Below are positions 51,250 through 59,532 of a stretch of DNA of 64,000 nucleotides, in pieces. The notes beneath the pieces were generated by a model. The model had not been told where the DNA came from. It did no database searches and saw only the letters and a program-made list of their open reading frames with translations. How positions within the stretch are numbered: position 1 is the first letter of the stretch; every line of letters starts with the position of its first letter. This DNA is from Gemmatimonadaceae bacterium (lineage in GTDB: Bacteria > Gemmatimonadota > Gemmatimonadetes > Gemmatimonadales > Gemmatimonadaceae): NCBI GenBank assembly GCA_044224875.1, contig JBGAJQ010000013.1:1-64000 (forward strand). Reading direction: 5' to 3'. A program made the translations under genes and the position numbers.

Positions 51250-52071
51250 TCACCGTCGCATGAGTACGGAAATGACCTGAGAGAGACGTTCGGGCGCCTC
51301 CTCCGGCACGAAGTGCCCGACGTCTGGAATGTAGTCGAGCGTGGCATTGGGTATCGACGACGCAAACTGCTCCGCGAGCTCACGAGGAAGGAACGGATCC
51401 TCCATACCCCATACCACAGAAGTCGGAATCGCAATGTCGCGAAGTCCTTCCGACAGCGCCGCCGTTTCGGCCGGATCGATCGAGCCGACGTGCCGCAAGA
51501 AAACGTCCCTTCCCGATTCCGTGGTGAATGGCCTCAGGTACTGATCGAGCGAATGGGAACCTCGCTCAGGGATGACGTATCCGCGCGCCAAGGCGCGCTT
51601 GAATGCGTTCACAATCCAGGAGGGCGGGAAATGTCTGGTCGCAGAAGTAGTTGCCTTGGCCAGATTCGCTGTGCGGTCGGGCCATTGGTTAAACCCCACT
51701 GAGTTGCAGAGCCCTAATCGGGAAACACGTCCTGGCGCCGAGATCGCAATGGACTGAGCGATCGCGCCGCCGAGGTCGTGCCCGACAATGGCCGCCCTGT
51801 CTACGCTGAGCGCATCGAGCAGCGAAAGCACGCGGGCCGCGTGCCCATGAATGGACAAGTCGTGTACAGATGGGGCGTCGCTACGCCCATAGCCCAGAAG
51901 ATCGCAAACGACAACGCGATGCCCAGGCGGGAGGAGGGGAACAAGGCTCGACCAGAGGTGACTCGAGGTTGGGAAACCGTGCAGAAGCAGAATCGGTTCT
52001 CCCGCGCCGCGGCTTCCAGCGGCGAAGTAGTAGAGTCGTGCGTCCCCGATGTCTATGAACTCCCCACGCAT
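51250..52071 (-). CDS. Alpha/beta hydrolase (Asp-nucleophile, epoxide hydrolase/dehalogenase-like)
   Basis: LLHGFP, DLLGYGRS, GHDLGG, GHFVPEE. Confidence 0.9.
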   Translation of the reverse strand: MRGEFIDIGDARLYYFAAGSRGAGEPILLLHGFPTSSHLWSSLVPLLPPGHRVVVCDLLGYGRSDAPSVHDLSIHGHAARVLSLLDALSVDRAAIVGHDLGGAIAQSIAISAPGRVSRLGLCNSVGFNQWPDRTANLAKATTSATRHFPPSWIVNAFKRALARGYVIPERGSHSLDQYLRPFTTESGRDVFLRHVGSIDPAETAALSEGLRDIAIPTSVVWGMEDPFLPRELAEQFASSIPNATLDYIPDVGHFVPEEAPERLSQVISVLMRR

Positions 52072-52279
52072 GCCGGCTGGAATTGAGTACGTGTTGCGAT
52101 CAGGTGAAGCTGACGGCTAAGGACGCAAGATGCTGATAGCGCGTTGTGGCCACAAGACTTGCGAGCATTCCCCTAGCGTTTTCAGCAAAAAGGCGTATCG
52201 TTTATATACGCTGGCGGATGGAAGCGGTATTCGACGTGTAAAGTTAATGTTTCCAAGCACTTAACTTGTCATATCTCTC

Positions 52280-53416
52280 GTGACAGAAGAATCTGGGAGC
52301 ACTGACGTCATCGAGCCGACCGTGGCCGCACCGTCCATGGAGCCGGTGAGTTTTCCGCTGTCTTGGTTCCTTCAGGAAGCGCCAGCTCCGCTACAATATA
52401 GAGCCACTATAGAGGTAGCTGGACTTGTTGAGGACCGCGCGAGGCTCGAGGCTATTCCACTCAGTTACAGGCCCGCCCTCGCCTTGGCTGCCGCGCAGCG
52501 TGCCGATGGGCTTTGGTCGGACAGCATGCTCAACCTGCCCAGTGGTAAGGGATCCCAATCGTTCGAAGGCGTCGGCACGATTCAGGCTTTTCGCCGGATG
52601 ATCGAGTACGGGTGGGACCGAGACACGCCACCCATTCACCAAGCCCGTCGCGTCCTGTTCAGACTCCTGGCGGAAGACAACGACCCATCCTTCCTGTATG
52701 AGTTGCGCGGAAAGGGGCGCATGGAGCCGGATCTAGTGAAGCACGGTCGCCTCCTTCTTCGCGAGGCGGCGGCAGCGGCCCTAGCACACGCGGGATTCGA
52801 GGCAGACCCCAGGCTGCGCGGCGCGGCCCATCGAATTCTCGATCGCGTCGCATCGTTTGTTCGTTCGCCATTGGCGCAAAAGCCGTGGATACGAGTTGGC
52901 AATCGTCAGGTTCTGTCCCCCGATGCCACGCCGCCCTCGGTTTTTGCGCTGCAGATGCTCGCGTTCATGCCCGTTTTCTGTCACGAGAATCGGACGCAGG
53001 TGGACCACCTGTATGCGTACTTGTCGCAGGTGCTGCCGCGCCAGGAGTCGGCGCAGGCAGTTGGCAGCGAGGTGATCGATCAGCCGCACTTGGTCCTCGG
53101 CGATTGGTTGCCACACCGCAACGCCGTGGAGGAAGATGTGCCCATGGCGCTCCACTGGCTCGAGTTGATGGCTCGCCTTCGTTTCCTGGGGCGGAACGAG
53201 AATTGGACGCGGTTGTTCGACCGTTTTCTCGACGATCGTGATCGCAACGCGGTTTGGCATCCACACAAAGGCTCATCGGCACCGACGAGCGCGAGCCCTT
53301 ACGTCTGGCACGCCTTTCCATTGGGAGCCGGGTCCGCCGATGCGCGAGTGGCCGATGTCACATTCCGCATTGGTTTGATTGCACGCCTAATTGGGCGACC
53401 GATCGAACTGATCTAG
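52280..53416 (+). CDS. Hypothetical protein, possibly an alpha/alpha-toroid (prenyltransferase-like) fold
   Basis: Long ORF with a QRADGLW QW-like motif; fold is a guess. Confidence 0.65.
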   Translation: MTEESGSTDVIEPTVAAPSMEPVSFPLSWFLQEAPAPLQYRATIEVAGLVEDRARLEAIPLSYRPALALAAAQRADGLWSDSMLNLPSGKGSQSFEGVGTIQAFRRMIEYGWDRDTPPIHQARRVLFRLLAEDNDPSFLYELRGKGRMEPDLVKHGRLLLREAAAAALAHAGFEADPRLRGAAHRILDRVASFVRSPLAQKPWIRVGNRQVLSPDATPPSVFALQMLAFMPVFCHENRTQVDHLYAYLSQVLPRQESAQAVGSEVIDQPHLVLGDWLPHRNAVEEDVPMALHWLELMARLRFLGRNENWTRLFDRFLDDRDRNAVWHPHKGSSAPTSASPYVWHAFPLGAGSADARVADVTFRIGLIARLIGRPIELI

Positions 53417-53555
53417 GAACGACGCGGCGAAAACCCTCACACCTCCGATCTCGCGCCGCTGACAGACGGTGAGCGCGCGGTAGTGCAGCATGATGCAGCC
53501 AGTCGAGCTGTTGCCTGCAGTGTCCATCCGGGACAAGGCAATTGGCCGACCGTAG

Positions 53556-54703
53556 ATGGAGGGCGCCATGCTGACGTACAAGGACCTGCTCCAGCTGGAA
53601 CGGCAGTATCGAGAGACGCGAGTGCTCAGCGTGTATCTGCCGAAGGCGGAGGAAGACCCGGCACTTCGGGACGTGTCGCAGACTCGACTGCACACTGAAT
53701 TGTCAAGAGTGCGGCACCATTTGGAGGGGGCGCCTCGCGCGGAACGGCTCGCCTTCGCGTCGGCGTCCGCGGCGCTCAACGACGCGTTAGGCACGCTCAC
53801 GGTTGGAGGGGCCTCGGTGATGGCGTTTGCGGCCGAGCAAGGCATGTTATTCGCGGATCGTGTGCTCGCGCCAGTTCCGTTTCATGTGTCCTGGCAGGAC
53901 GGCCTCGTCACGTCGCCGTACGTGCGCTCCTTGAAGCAGGAGCATCCGGTGCTGGTGGTGGCGGTGGACAGTCGCACGGCCCGGTTGTTCAAGTATCAGG
54001 GGGGCAACGTAGCCTTGGTGGAGGCTTTCGAGGCGCACGTGCGTAACGAGCCGGCGATGCACATGGGTGACAGCCGCGACCGCACTTCCATCCCGGTGTC
54101 CGGGGCGCCACGGGGCGCGACGAGACGGAGCGTCGTGAAGCGGTGGCGTTGGAACGCATGCTGAACCAGCTTTCGGAGCGGATAGAACCCGAACGGGGCG
54201 CCGATCCATGGCTGGTGGTGGGTGGCATGTCGGCGAGCGTGCACGCGGTGTTGCGCGTGCTTCCTCGGCACCTGGTGGACCGTTCCACGATCGTGAGCGC
54301 GTTGACGACCGGGTCGACCGTGTCGGAAGTGGCCCGGGTGGCCGCCGTTGCGGCGTCGGAGCTGACGGCGCGGCGAGACGGAGCACTGGTCGAGGCGCTC
54401 CTCGATCGGGCCGGCGCGAACGCGCGCGCGGTGTTGGGCCTCGCGGACGTCCAGTCAGCCCTCGATGAACGATCGGTGCACCTGTTGCTGCTGTCGCAAC
54501 ACCTGCTGGACCACAACGTTCAGCTGACCGATGCGCTGGTTCGCACGGCCTTCGATGGTGGGTCGTTGGTCGAAGTGGTGACGGGTGCTGGGGCCCGTCG
54601 GCTGGACTCGGACGGTGAGGGTGTTGCCGCCGAGCTCCGCTTTGTTCCTCCAGCGCATGGCGAGTCGGCAGCTGCGCGGGAGGAGCTGTCGGCTAACGTC
54701 TGA
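53556..54703 (+). pseudogene. baeRF1/eRF1-like (Balon-like) protein split by a 1-nt frameshift near 54074
   Basis: VLSVYL...VAVDSRTARLF in the first frame; FHPGVRGATGRD...AVLGLADVQSALDERSVHLLL...EGVAAELRF (eRF1 domain 3-like) in the second. Confidence 0.72.
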
Positions 54704-54823
54704 CGGGGAATCCTTCGCGGTGTTCGCTCCACCCCGCTGACTGCGGGACTGGCCTGCGGGCGCCATCATGCAGGCGAAGGTTCACCAAGGGTTCTCGCAG
54801 CCTCGTGTAGGCAGGAGGGACGT

Positions 54824-55297
54824 ATGACAAAGCTCACCCTACCGCGCACCACGACCGTTTTTCCAAATGTCGCGCGCGAGATCGACGAGATGCAGAATCG
54901 GCTTCGTCGCTATTTCAACGAACCCTTCGCCATCGAGAAGTTCCCCTTCCCGGAATCCGTCGGCTGGCTGCCAGCGGTCGAGATCTCCGAGACAAATGAG
55001 GAGCTCATGATGACAGCCGAACTCCCCGGCATGAAGCGGGAAGAGGTTGAAGTGGTGTTCGACGACGACATGCTCACGATCCGTGGAGAGAAGAAGGAGG
55101 AGAAGGAGGTAAACGCCGAGAAGAAGCTGCATGTTTGGGAGCGGACATATGGCGCCTTCCAGCGGTCCTTCACCCTTCCGCGCACCATCGATCCGACCAA
55201 GATCGTCGCTGAATTCAAGGATGGGGTGCTTCGAGTTCGGATGCCAAAGACCACGCTGGCGAAGGCGAAAGGGCAGAAGATCGAAGTGAAAGGCTAG
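54824..55297 (+). CDS. Hsp20/alpha-crystallin small heat-shock protein
   Basis: PAVEI...AELPG...LTIRGEK...ERTYGAFQRSFTLP...DGVL; IEV C-terminal motif; GGAGG RBS. Confidence 0.95.
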   Translation: MTKLTLPRTTTVFPNVAREIDEMQNRLRRYFNEPFAIEKFPFPESVGWLPAVEISETNEELMMTAELPGMKREEVEVVFDDDMLTIRGEKKEEKEVNAEKKLHVWERTYGAFQRSFTLPRTIDPTKIVAEFKDGVLRVRMPKTTLAKAKGQKIEVKG

Positions 55298-55471
55298 CGC
55301 TCCCTCTCGGGCTGAGGGCGGACGCGGACCGAAAGTCCACGTCTTCGCGCGAAACGGAACGGGCTCGCCTCGGCGAGCCCGTTCTGCTGTCGTGACCCTA
55401 ACGAAGATGCCTTGCGCGACAGATGGGATTAGATTGTCGCCTGCCGCTTCGCCTCCCCTATTCTCCGTGAC

Positions 55472-56659
55472 ATGTCCCGAACCTCCGCCTCGCACGAGCC
55501 GACGCACGAAACTCCCACGCCAGCGACGACGTTTGCCTCTCTGGGCATGAGTGCGGCGGTACTGCAAGCGGTTTCGGATGCCGGCTACTCGGAACCCACG
55601 CCTATACAGGCGGCCGCTATCCCGCTGACGTTGCGCGGACGGGACGTGATTGGCCTGGCGCAGACGGGAACGGGCAAGACTGCCGCGTTCACCCTGCCTC
55701 TGGTGGAGCGCTTGTTAGGCGGACCGCAGCGCACGCGCGCGCTCATCCTGACGCCCACACGGGAACTCTGCCAGCAGGTTGAAGAAAGCGTGAAGAAGTA
55801 TGCCAAGCACGCCGCGCTGTCGGCGATCTCGGTCTATGGTGGTGTGTCGCTGGAGCCGCAGGAACGCGCCCTCAAGCGAGGCGTCGACGTGGTCATCGCG
55901 ACGCCAGGACGGTTGATCGACCATATCGAACGACGCAACGTTGCATTCGACGAGCTGGAGATCCTGGTGTTGGATGAAGCCGACCGGATGCTCGACATGG
56001 GCTTCGCGCCGCAGATCAATCGCATCGTGCGGGAGATTCCTCCGTATCGGCAGACACTGCTCTACAGCGCCACCATGCCACCGGAGGTAGAGGTACTCGC
56101 CCGCAAGTACATGCGGCGGCCGCAGGTGATTGAAGTAACGCGCCGCGCGACGGCAGCCACAACAGTCACCCACGCGGTATATCCCGTGCCGCGGGAGAAG
56201 AAGAGCCAGCTGCTGGTTGAGCTGCTCCGTGCGCCAGAGATGGACTCCGTGCTGGTCTTCACGCGCATGAAGGTTGGGGCTGACCGAGTGGTGAGATACC
56301 TGACGCACGAAGGAATCGAAGCCGAGGCGTTGCATGCGGACAAAACCCAGCAGCAACGCGATCGCGCCCTGGAACGGTTTCGAAGCGGTGAGTTGCGTGT
56401 GCTGGTTGCCACGGACATTGCCCAGCGCGGCTTGGACATCAGCGGCATCTCGCACGTCATCAACTACGACGTGCCGCAGCAACCCGAAGACTACGTGCAT
56501 CGCATCGGTCGGACGGGTCGGGCGGCTCAATCGGGGGACGCGTTCACATTCATGTCGCCCGACGAGATCGCGACCGTCAGGCTCATCGAACGGGTGATTG
56601 GCCAATCGATCGATCGCATCTCCGTGCCGGGGTTCGACTTCGGGACCACGGCGGAGTAG
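55472..56659 (+). CDS. DEAD-box RNA helicase (RhlE-like)
   Basis: Q motif, AQTGTGKT, PTREL, DEAD, SAT, HRIGRTGR. Confidence 0.95.
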   Translation: MSRTSASHEPTHETPTPATTFASLGMSAAVLQAVSDAGYSEPTPIQAAAIPLTLRGRDVIGLAQTGTGKTAAFTLPLVERLLGGPQRTRALILTPTRELCQQVEESVKKYAKHAALSAISVYGGVSLEPQERALKRGVDVVIATPGRLIDHIERRNVAFDELEILVLDEADRMLDMGFAPQINRIVREIPPYRQTLLYSATMPPEVEVLARKYMRRPQVIEVTRRATAATTVTHAVYPVPREKKSQLLVELLRAPEMDSVLVFTRMKVGADRVVRYLTHEGIEAEALHADKTQQQRDRALERFRSGELRVLVATDIAQRGLDISGISHVINYDVPQQPEDYVHRIGRTGRAAQSGDAFTFMSPDEIATVRLIERVIGQSIDRISVPGFDFGTTAE

Positions 56660-56883
56660 CGGCGCAGCAGGTTAAACAGGCGGCGCCGGTCCCGGCCCCG
56701 CACGTCGGGATCGTCAGTCACGTCATCGTGCCGTGAAAGGGCGAGCCGTGCGTGATGCAAGTCGGGGCCAGCTTCATTGGTTGCCACGCGCGCGCCTTCA
56801 TCCCAATCCCAGGGCACGCGCTCGTTCGCTAGACGATCCACGGCAGTCATGGGACGGTGCGGTTTGCACATGGGAACAAGGCG

Positions 56884-57300
56884 TTAGTGCCGAACGCGTC
56901 CCAGTCGTGACACCGTCAGCGTCTCCGCTGCAAGCCCGCGTGCCACGATGATGCGGGTATTGCTCGCGCCAAAACCCATGGCGTTCGCGGCGTACGTCAC
57001 GGAGTCTCGGGTGATCGCCAATGACACCCCGTACAGGGCGCCCAAGGGGCGCGACTCGATCGTATCGCCGTAAGAGACGACGGCGAGAGACACCGTCGCT
57101 GTATCAAAACGGGTAGCAGCCTTGGACCCGCGTTGAAAGGCCGTGAGCCGAGCGCGAGCGAGGGCAGACGTCACGTCCAACGTGGCGGCTCGAACACTGA
57201 GTGCATCCTGATACCGGGCAAATCGGGGCAACGCCAGGAGTGCAACGAGGCCGAGCACGGCAAGAGTCACCAGCAGTTGCGGAAGCGTGAAACCGGACAT
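56884..57300 (-). CDS. Type IV pilin-like protein (FimT/GspH-like)
   Basis: G|FTLPQLLVTLAVLGLV class III signal; GAGGAG RBS; ARLTA...LGRVR. Confidence 0.8.
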   Translation of the reverse strand: MSGFTLPQLLVTLAVLGLVALLALPRFARYQDALSVRAATLDVTSALARARLTAFQRGSKAATRFDTATVSLAVVSYGDTIESRPLGALYGVSLAITRDSVTYAANAMGFGASNTRIIVARGLAAETLTVSRLGRVRH

Positions 57301-57520
57301 GCGTTCTCCTCTCGAGGTGGGAGGAGACGATGGCGTGTCGGAGCGACGCGCCCGTTACCGCAATATTGCGAGGCGGACCGTCGTTATGCGGCCGCACGCA
57401 ACCGGTGGGATTCGCGGCACGCGTGGGCTGGCTCATAGTGCCGCGGACGCTCGGGTTCGGCTATTTTTCTGCCCGGCCGTGGCACCGCGGCGACGTCGGT
57501 TTCCACAGGTAACGGAGCCT

Positions 57521-57757
57521 ATGCACGTCAGCATCGAATACTGCGTGATGTGAAGCTACGAATTTCGCGCCACCAGTTTGGCGGCGGAGATTCGAAAGCA
57601 GTACCCGGATGCCGAGCTGGAGCTGATCGAGTCCAGCGGCGGACGGTTCGAGGTCAAGCGGGATGGGGTCCTGCTCTTCTCGAAAAAGGCGACCGGACGT
57701 CACGCCCAGCCTGGCGAAGTGGTACGACTGCTCGCTGCCGCCGATACTAACGGGTAG
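57521..57757 (+). CDS. Rdx/SelW/SelT-family selenoprotein (CxxU), in-frame UGA at 57551-57553
   Basis: MHVSIEYCVM-U-SYEFRATSLAAEIRKQYPDAELELIESSGGRFEVKRDGVLLFSKKATGRHAQPGEVVRLL; GGAG RBS; homology continues in frame past the TGA. Confidence 0.9.
57559..57594 (+). promoter_or_regulatory. Candidate bacterial SECIS hairpin
   Basis: CGAATTTCGCGCCA-ccagtt-TGGCGGCGGAGATTCG stem-loop starting 5 nt after the UGA, with GU in the apical loop. Confidence 0.65.
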
Positions 57758-57762
57758 CGAAC

Positions 57763-57787
57763 GGGCGCCGGCCAGCGCCCTTTTCTT
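57763..57787 (+). terminator. Intrinsic terminator after the selenoprotein gene
   Basis: GGGCGC-cggcca-GCGCCC followed by TTTTCTT, 5 nt after TAG 57757. Confidence 0.75.
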
Positions 57788-57834
57788 CGTCGATCCGACT
57801 CAGCGGTTCTGTTCTCGTTTATCCATTACTCGTT

Positions 57835-58914
57835 ATGAGAATTGCGATCTCGACGGGAGGCGGTGACGCTCCCGGGCTCAACGCGGTGATTCGCTCGTCC
57901 GTCCTTTCCGCTGTCACTCGCGGATGGGACGTGCTCGGGATCTGTCGTGGATACTTCGGGTTGCTCGGAGAGGATGACATCATCCCGTTGACGCGTGACG
58001 CAGTGCGGGGCATCGGTCACTTGGGTGGAACGATCCTCCGCACCACGAACCGTGGGAATCCCTTTGCATTTCCCGTTCGCCAATCGGATGGGACGTATCG
58101 CGACATCGATCGCTCTCAGGAACTGATCGACAATGCGTCGCGGCTGGGTATCGATGCGATGATCACGATCGGCGGCGATGGCTCGCTTTCCATCGCCCAG
58201 CGCCTGTTCGAGCGTGGCGTCAAGATCGTTGGCGTACCGAAGACCATCGACAACGACGTGAGCGAGACGATCACGACCTTCGGCTTCGACACCGCAGTGG
58301 ACACCGCGATCGACGCAATCGACAAGCTGCACACGACCGCCGAGAGCCATGATCGCGTGATGGTGCTGGAGGTCATGGGGCGCCACGCAGGGTTCATCGC
58401 GTTGCACGCTGGCGTCGCAGGGTCGGCCGACGTTGTGCTGCTCCCCGAGATTCCATTCGACATCGAGAAGGTGTGTGCCAAGGTTCGGGCCCGTGACCGC
58501 GCGGGACGGTTGTTCTCGATCGTTGTCGTAGCTGAGGGCGCCTACCCAGTTGGCGGCCAGGAGTCGATACTCGGCGAATCGCTCCCGGGGCAGGACAAGC
58601 GCGTGGGTGGGATTGCCGGTCGCTTAGCGTGGGAAATCCAGCAGCGTACCGGGAAGGAAGCTCGATCGCTGGTGCTGGGGCACTTGCAGCGAGGCGGTTC
58701 TCCAACCGGTTACGACCGGCTGCTGGCCACGCGTTTCGGGGGCGCGGCGGTAGAAGCAGTGGAGCAGGGCAAGTGGGGGCACATGGTCGCACTCCAGTCA
58801 CCGCATATCGTTACAGTGCCATTCGTTGACGTCCTTCGAGAGTCGAAGCGCGTGGACCCAACGCATGACGTGGTGCGAACCGCGCGTGCCAATGGCATTT
58901 CGTTCGGCGATTGA
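57835..58914 (+). CDS. pfkA: 6-phosphofructokinase
   Basis: TGGGDAPGLN, GGDGS, PKTIDND, EVMGR, LGHLQRGG. Confidence 0.95.
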   Translation: MRIAISTGGGDAPGLNAVIRSSVLSAVTRGWDVLGICRGYFGLLGEDDIIPLTRDAVRGIGHLGGTILRTTNRGNPFAFPVRQSDGTYRDIDRSQELIDNASRLGIDAMITIGGDGSLSIAQRLFERGVKIVGVPKTIDNDVSETITTFGFDTAVDTAIDAIDKLHTTAESHDRVMVLEVMGRHAGFIALHAGVAGSADVVLLPEIPFDIEKVCAKVRARDRAGRLFSIVVVAEGAYPVGGQESILGESLPGQDKRVGGIAGRLAWEIQQRTGKEARSLVLGHLQRGGSPTGYDRLLATRFGGAAVEAVEQGKWGHMVALQSPHIVTVPFVDVLRESKRVDPTHDVVRTARANGISFGD

Positions 58915-59130
58915 GCGCGGGGTTCGAATTCGATCCTGGACCTGATGGCACCGTGCCTGCTGGAACGGGTATCTCAGCCTACGCTTATCCTCTGGAGCAT
59001 GCGCCAGCAGTCGAGGCCGACAGCGTGAGGCTCCATGAGGCCGCCGTCGTGGCGAGGGGGTTACCCCGAGTGCCGGAAGGAATGGCGCGCGACACGCGGG
59101 ATTCTGCCTCGAATTTGCAGGAGTTTAGTG

Positions 59131-59475
59131 ATGTCAGGTCGTAGTTGGATGGGAGTTGGAGCCTTCGTCGCGATTCTTGCCTGGGCTCCGTCGGTTGAGG
59201 CGCAGCGCTTAGCTCCGCCGCCCGAGAAGGACCGGGCCAAGGTCACCATCCCAAAGGAGTATCTCCCGCCTGCCGGGATGTGTCGCGTATGGATCGACAA
59301 CGTTCCCGCGGCTCAGCAGCCGGCGCCGACGGACTGCGTGACGGCTATCAAGAACCGTCCGACCAACGGGCGAGTGGTGTTTGGCGATGATGCGAGCCTT
59401 CGACGAAAGGGATTCCGTCGCGACGAGGGCGAGCGTGGCGACGACAGCACGAAACTGAAGGTGAAGAAGCCGTAG
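59131..59475 (+). CDS. Secreted hypothetical protein
   Basis: Signal peptide; IPKEYLPPAGMCRVW...QQPAPTDC motif; GGAG upstream. Confidence 0.7.
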   Translation: MSGRSWMGVGAFVAILAWAPSVEAQRLAPPPEKDRAKVTIPKEYLPPAGMCRVWIDNVPAAQQPAPTDCVTAIKNRPTNGRVVFGDDASLRRKGFRRDEGERGDDSTKLKVKKP

Positions 59476-59532
59476 ATTGTCTCAGGCGGTTTACCTTTCA
59501 CGCGCCGGCGCAGGGTTCTGCGGCCGGCGCGG

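Noticed and set aside
54060..54100. Programmed frameshift analogous to prfB
   Set aside because: It would need a -1 shift, there is no slippery site or in-frame stop at the junction, and a one-base loss in a C run explains it.
58914..58945. tRNA-like GGTTCGAAT
   Set aside because: No T-stem pairing, cloverleaf or CCA end.
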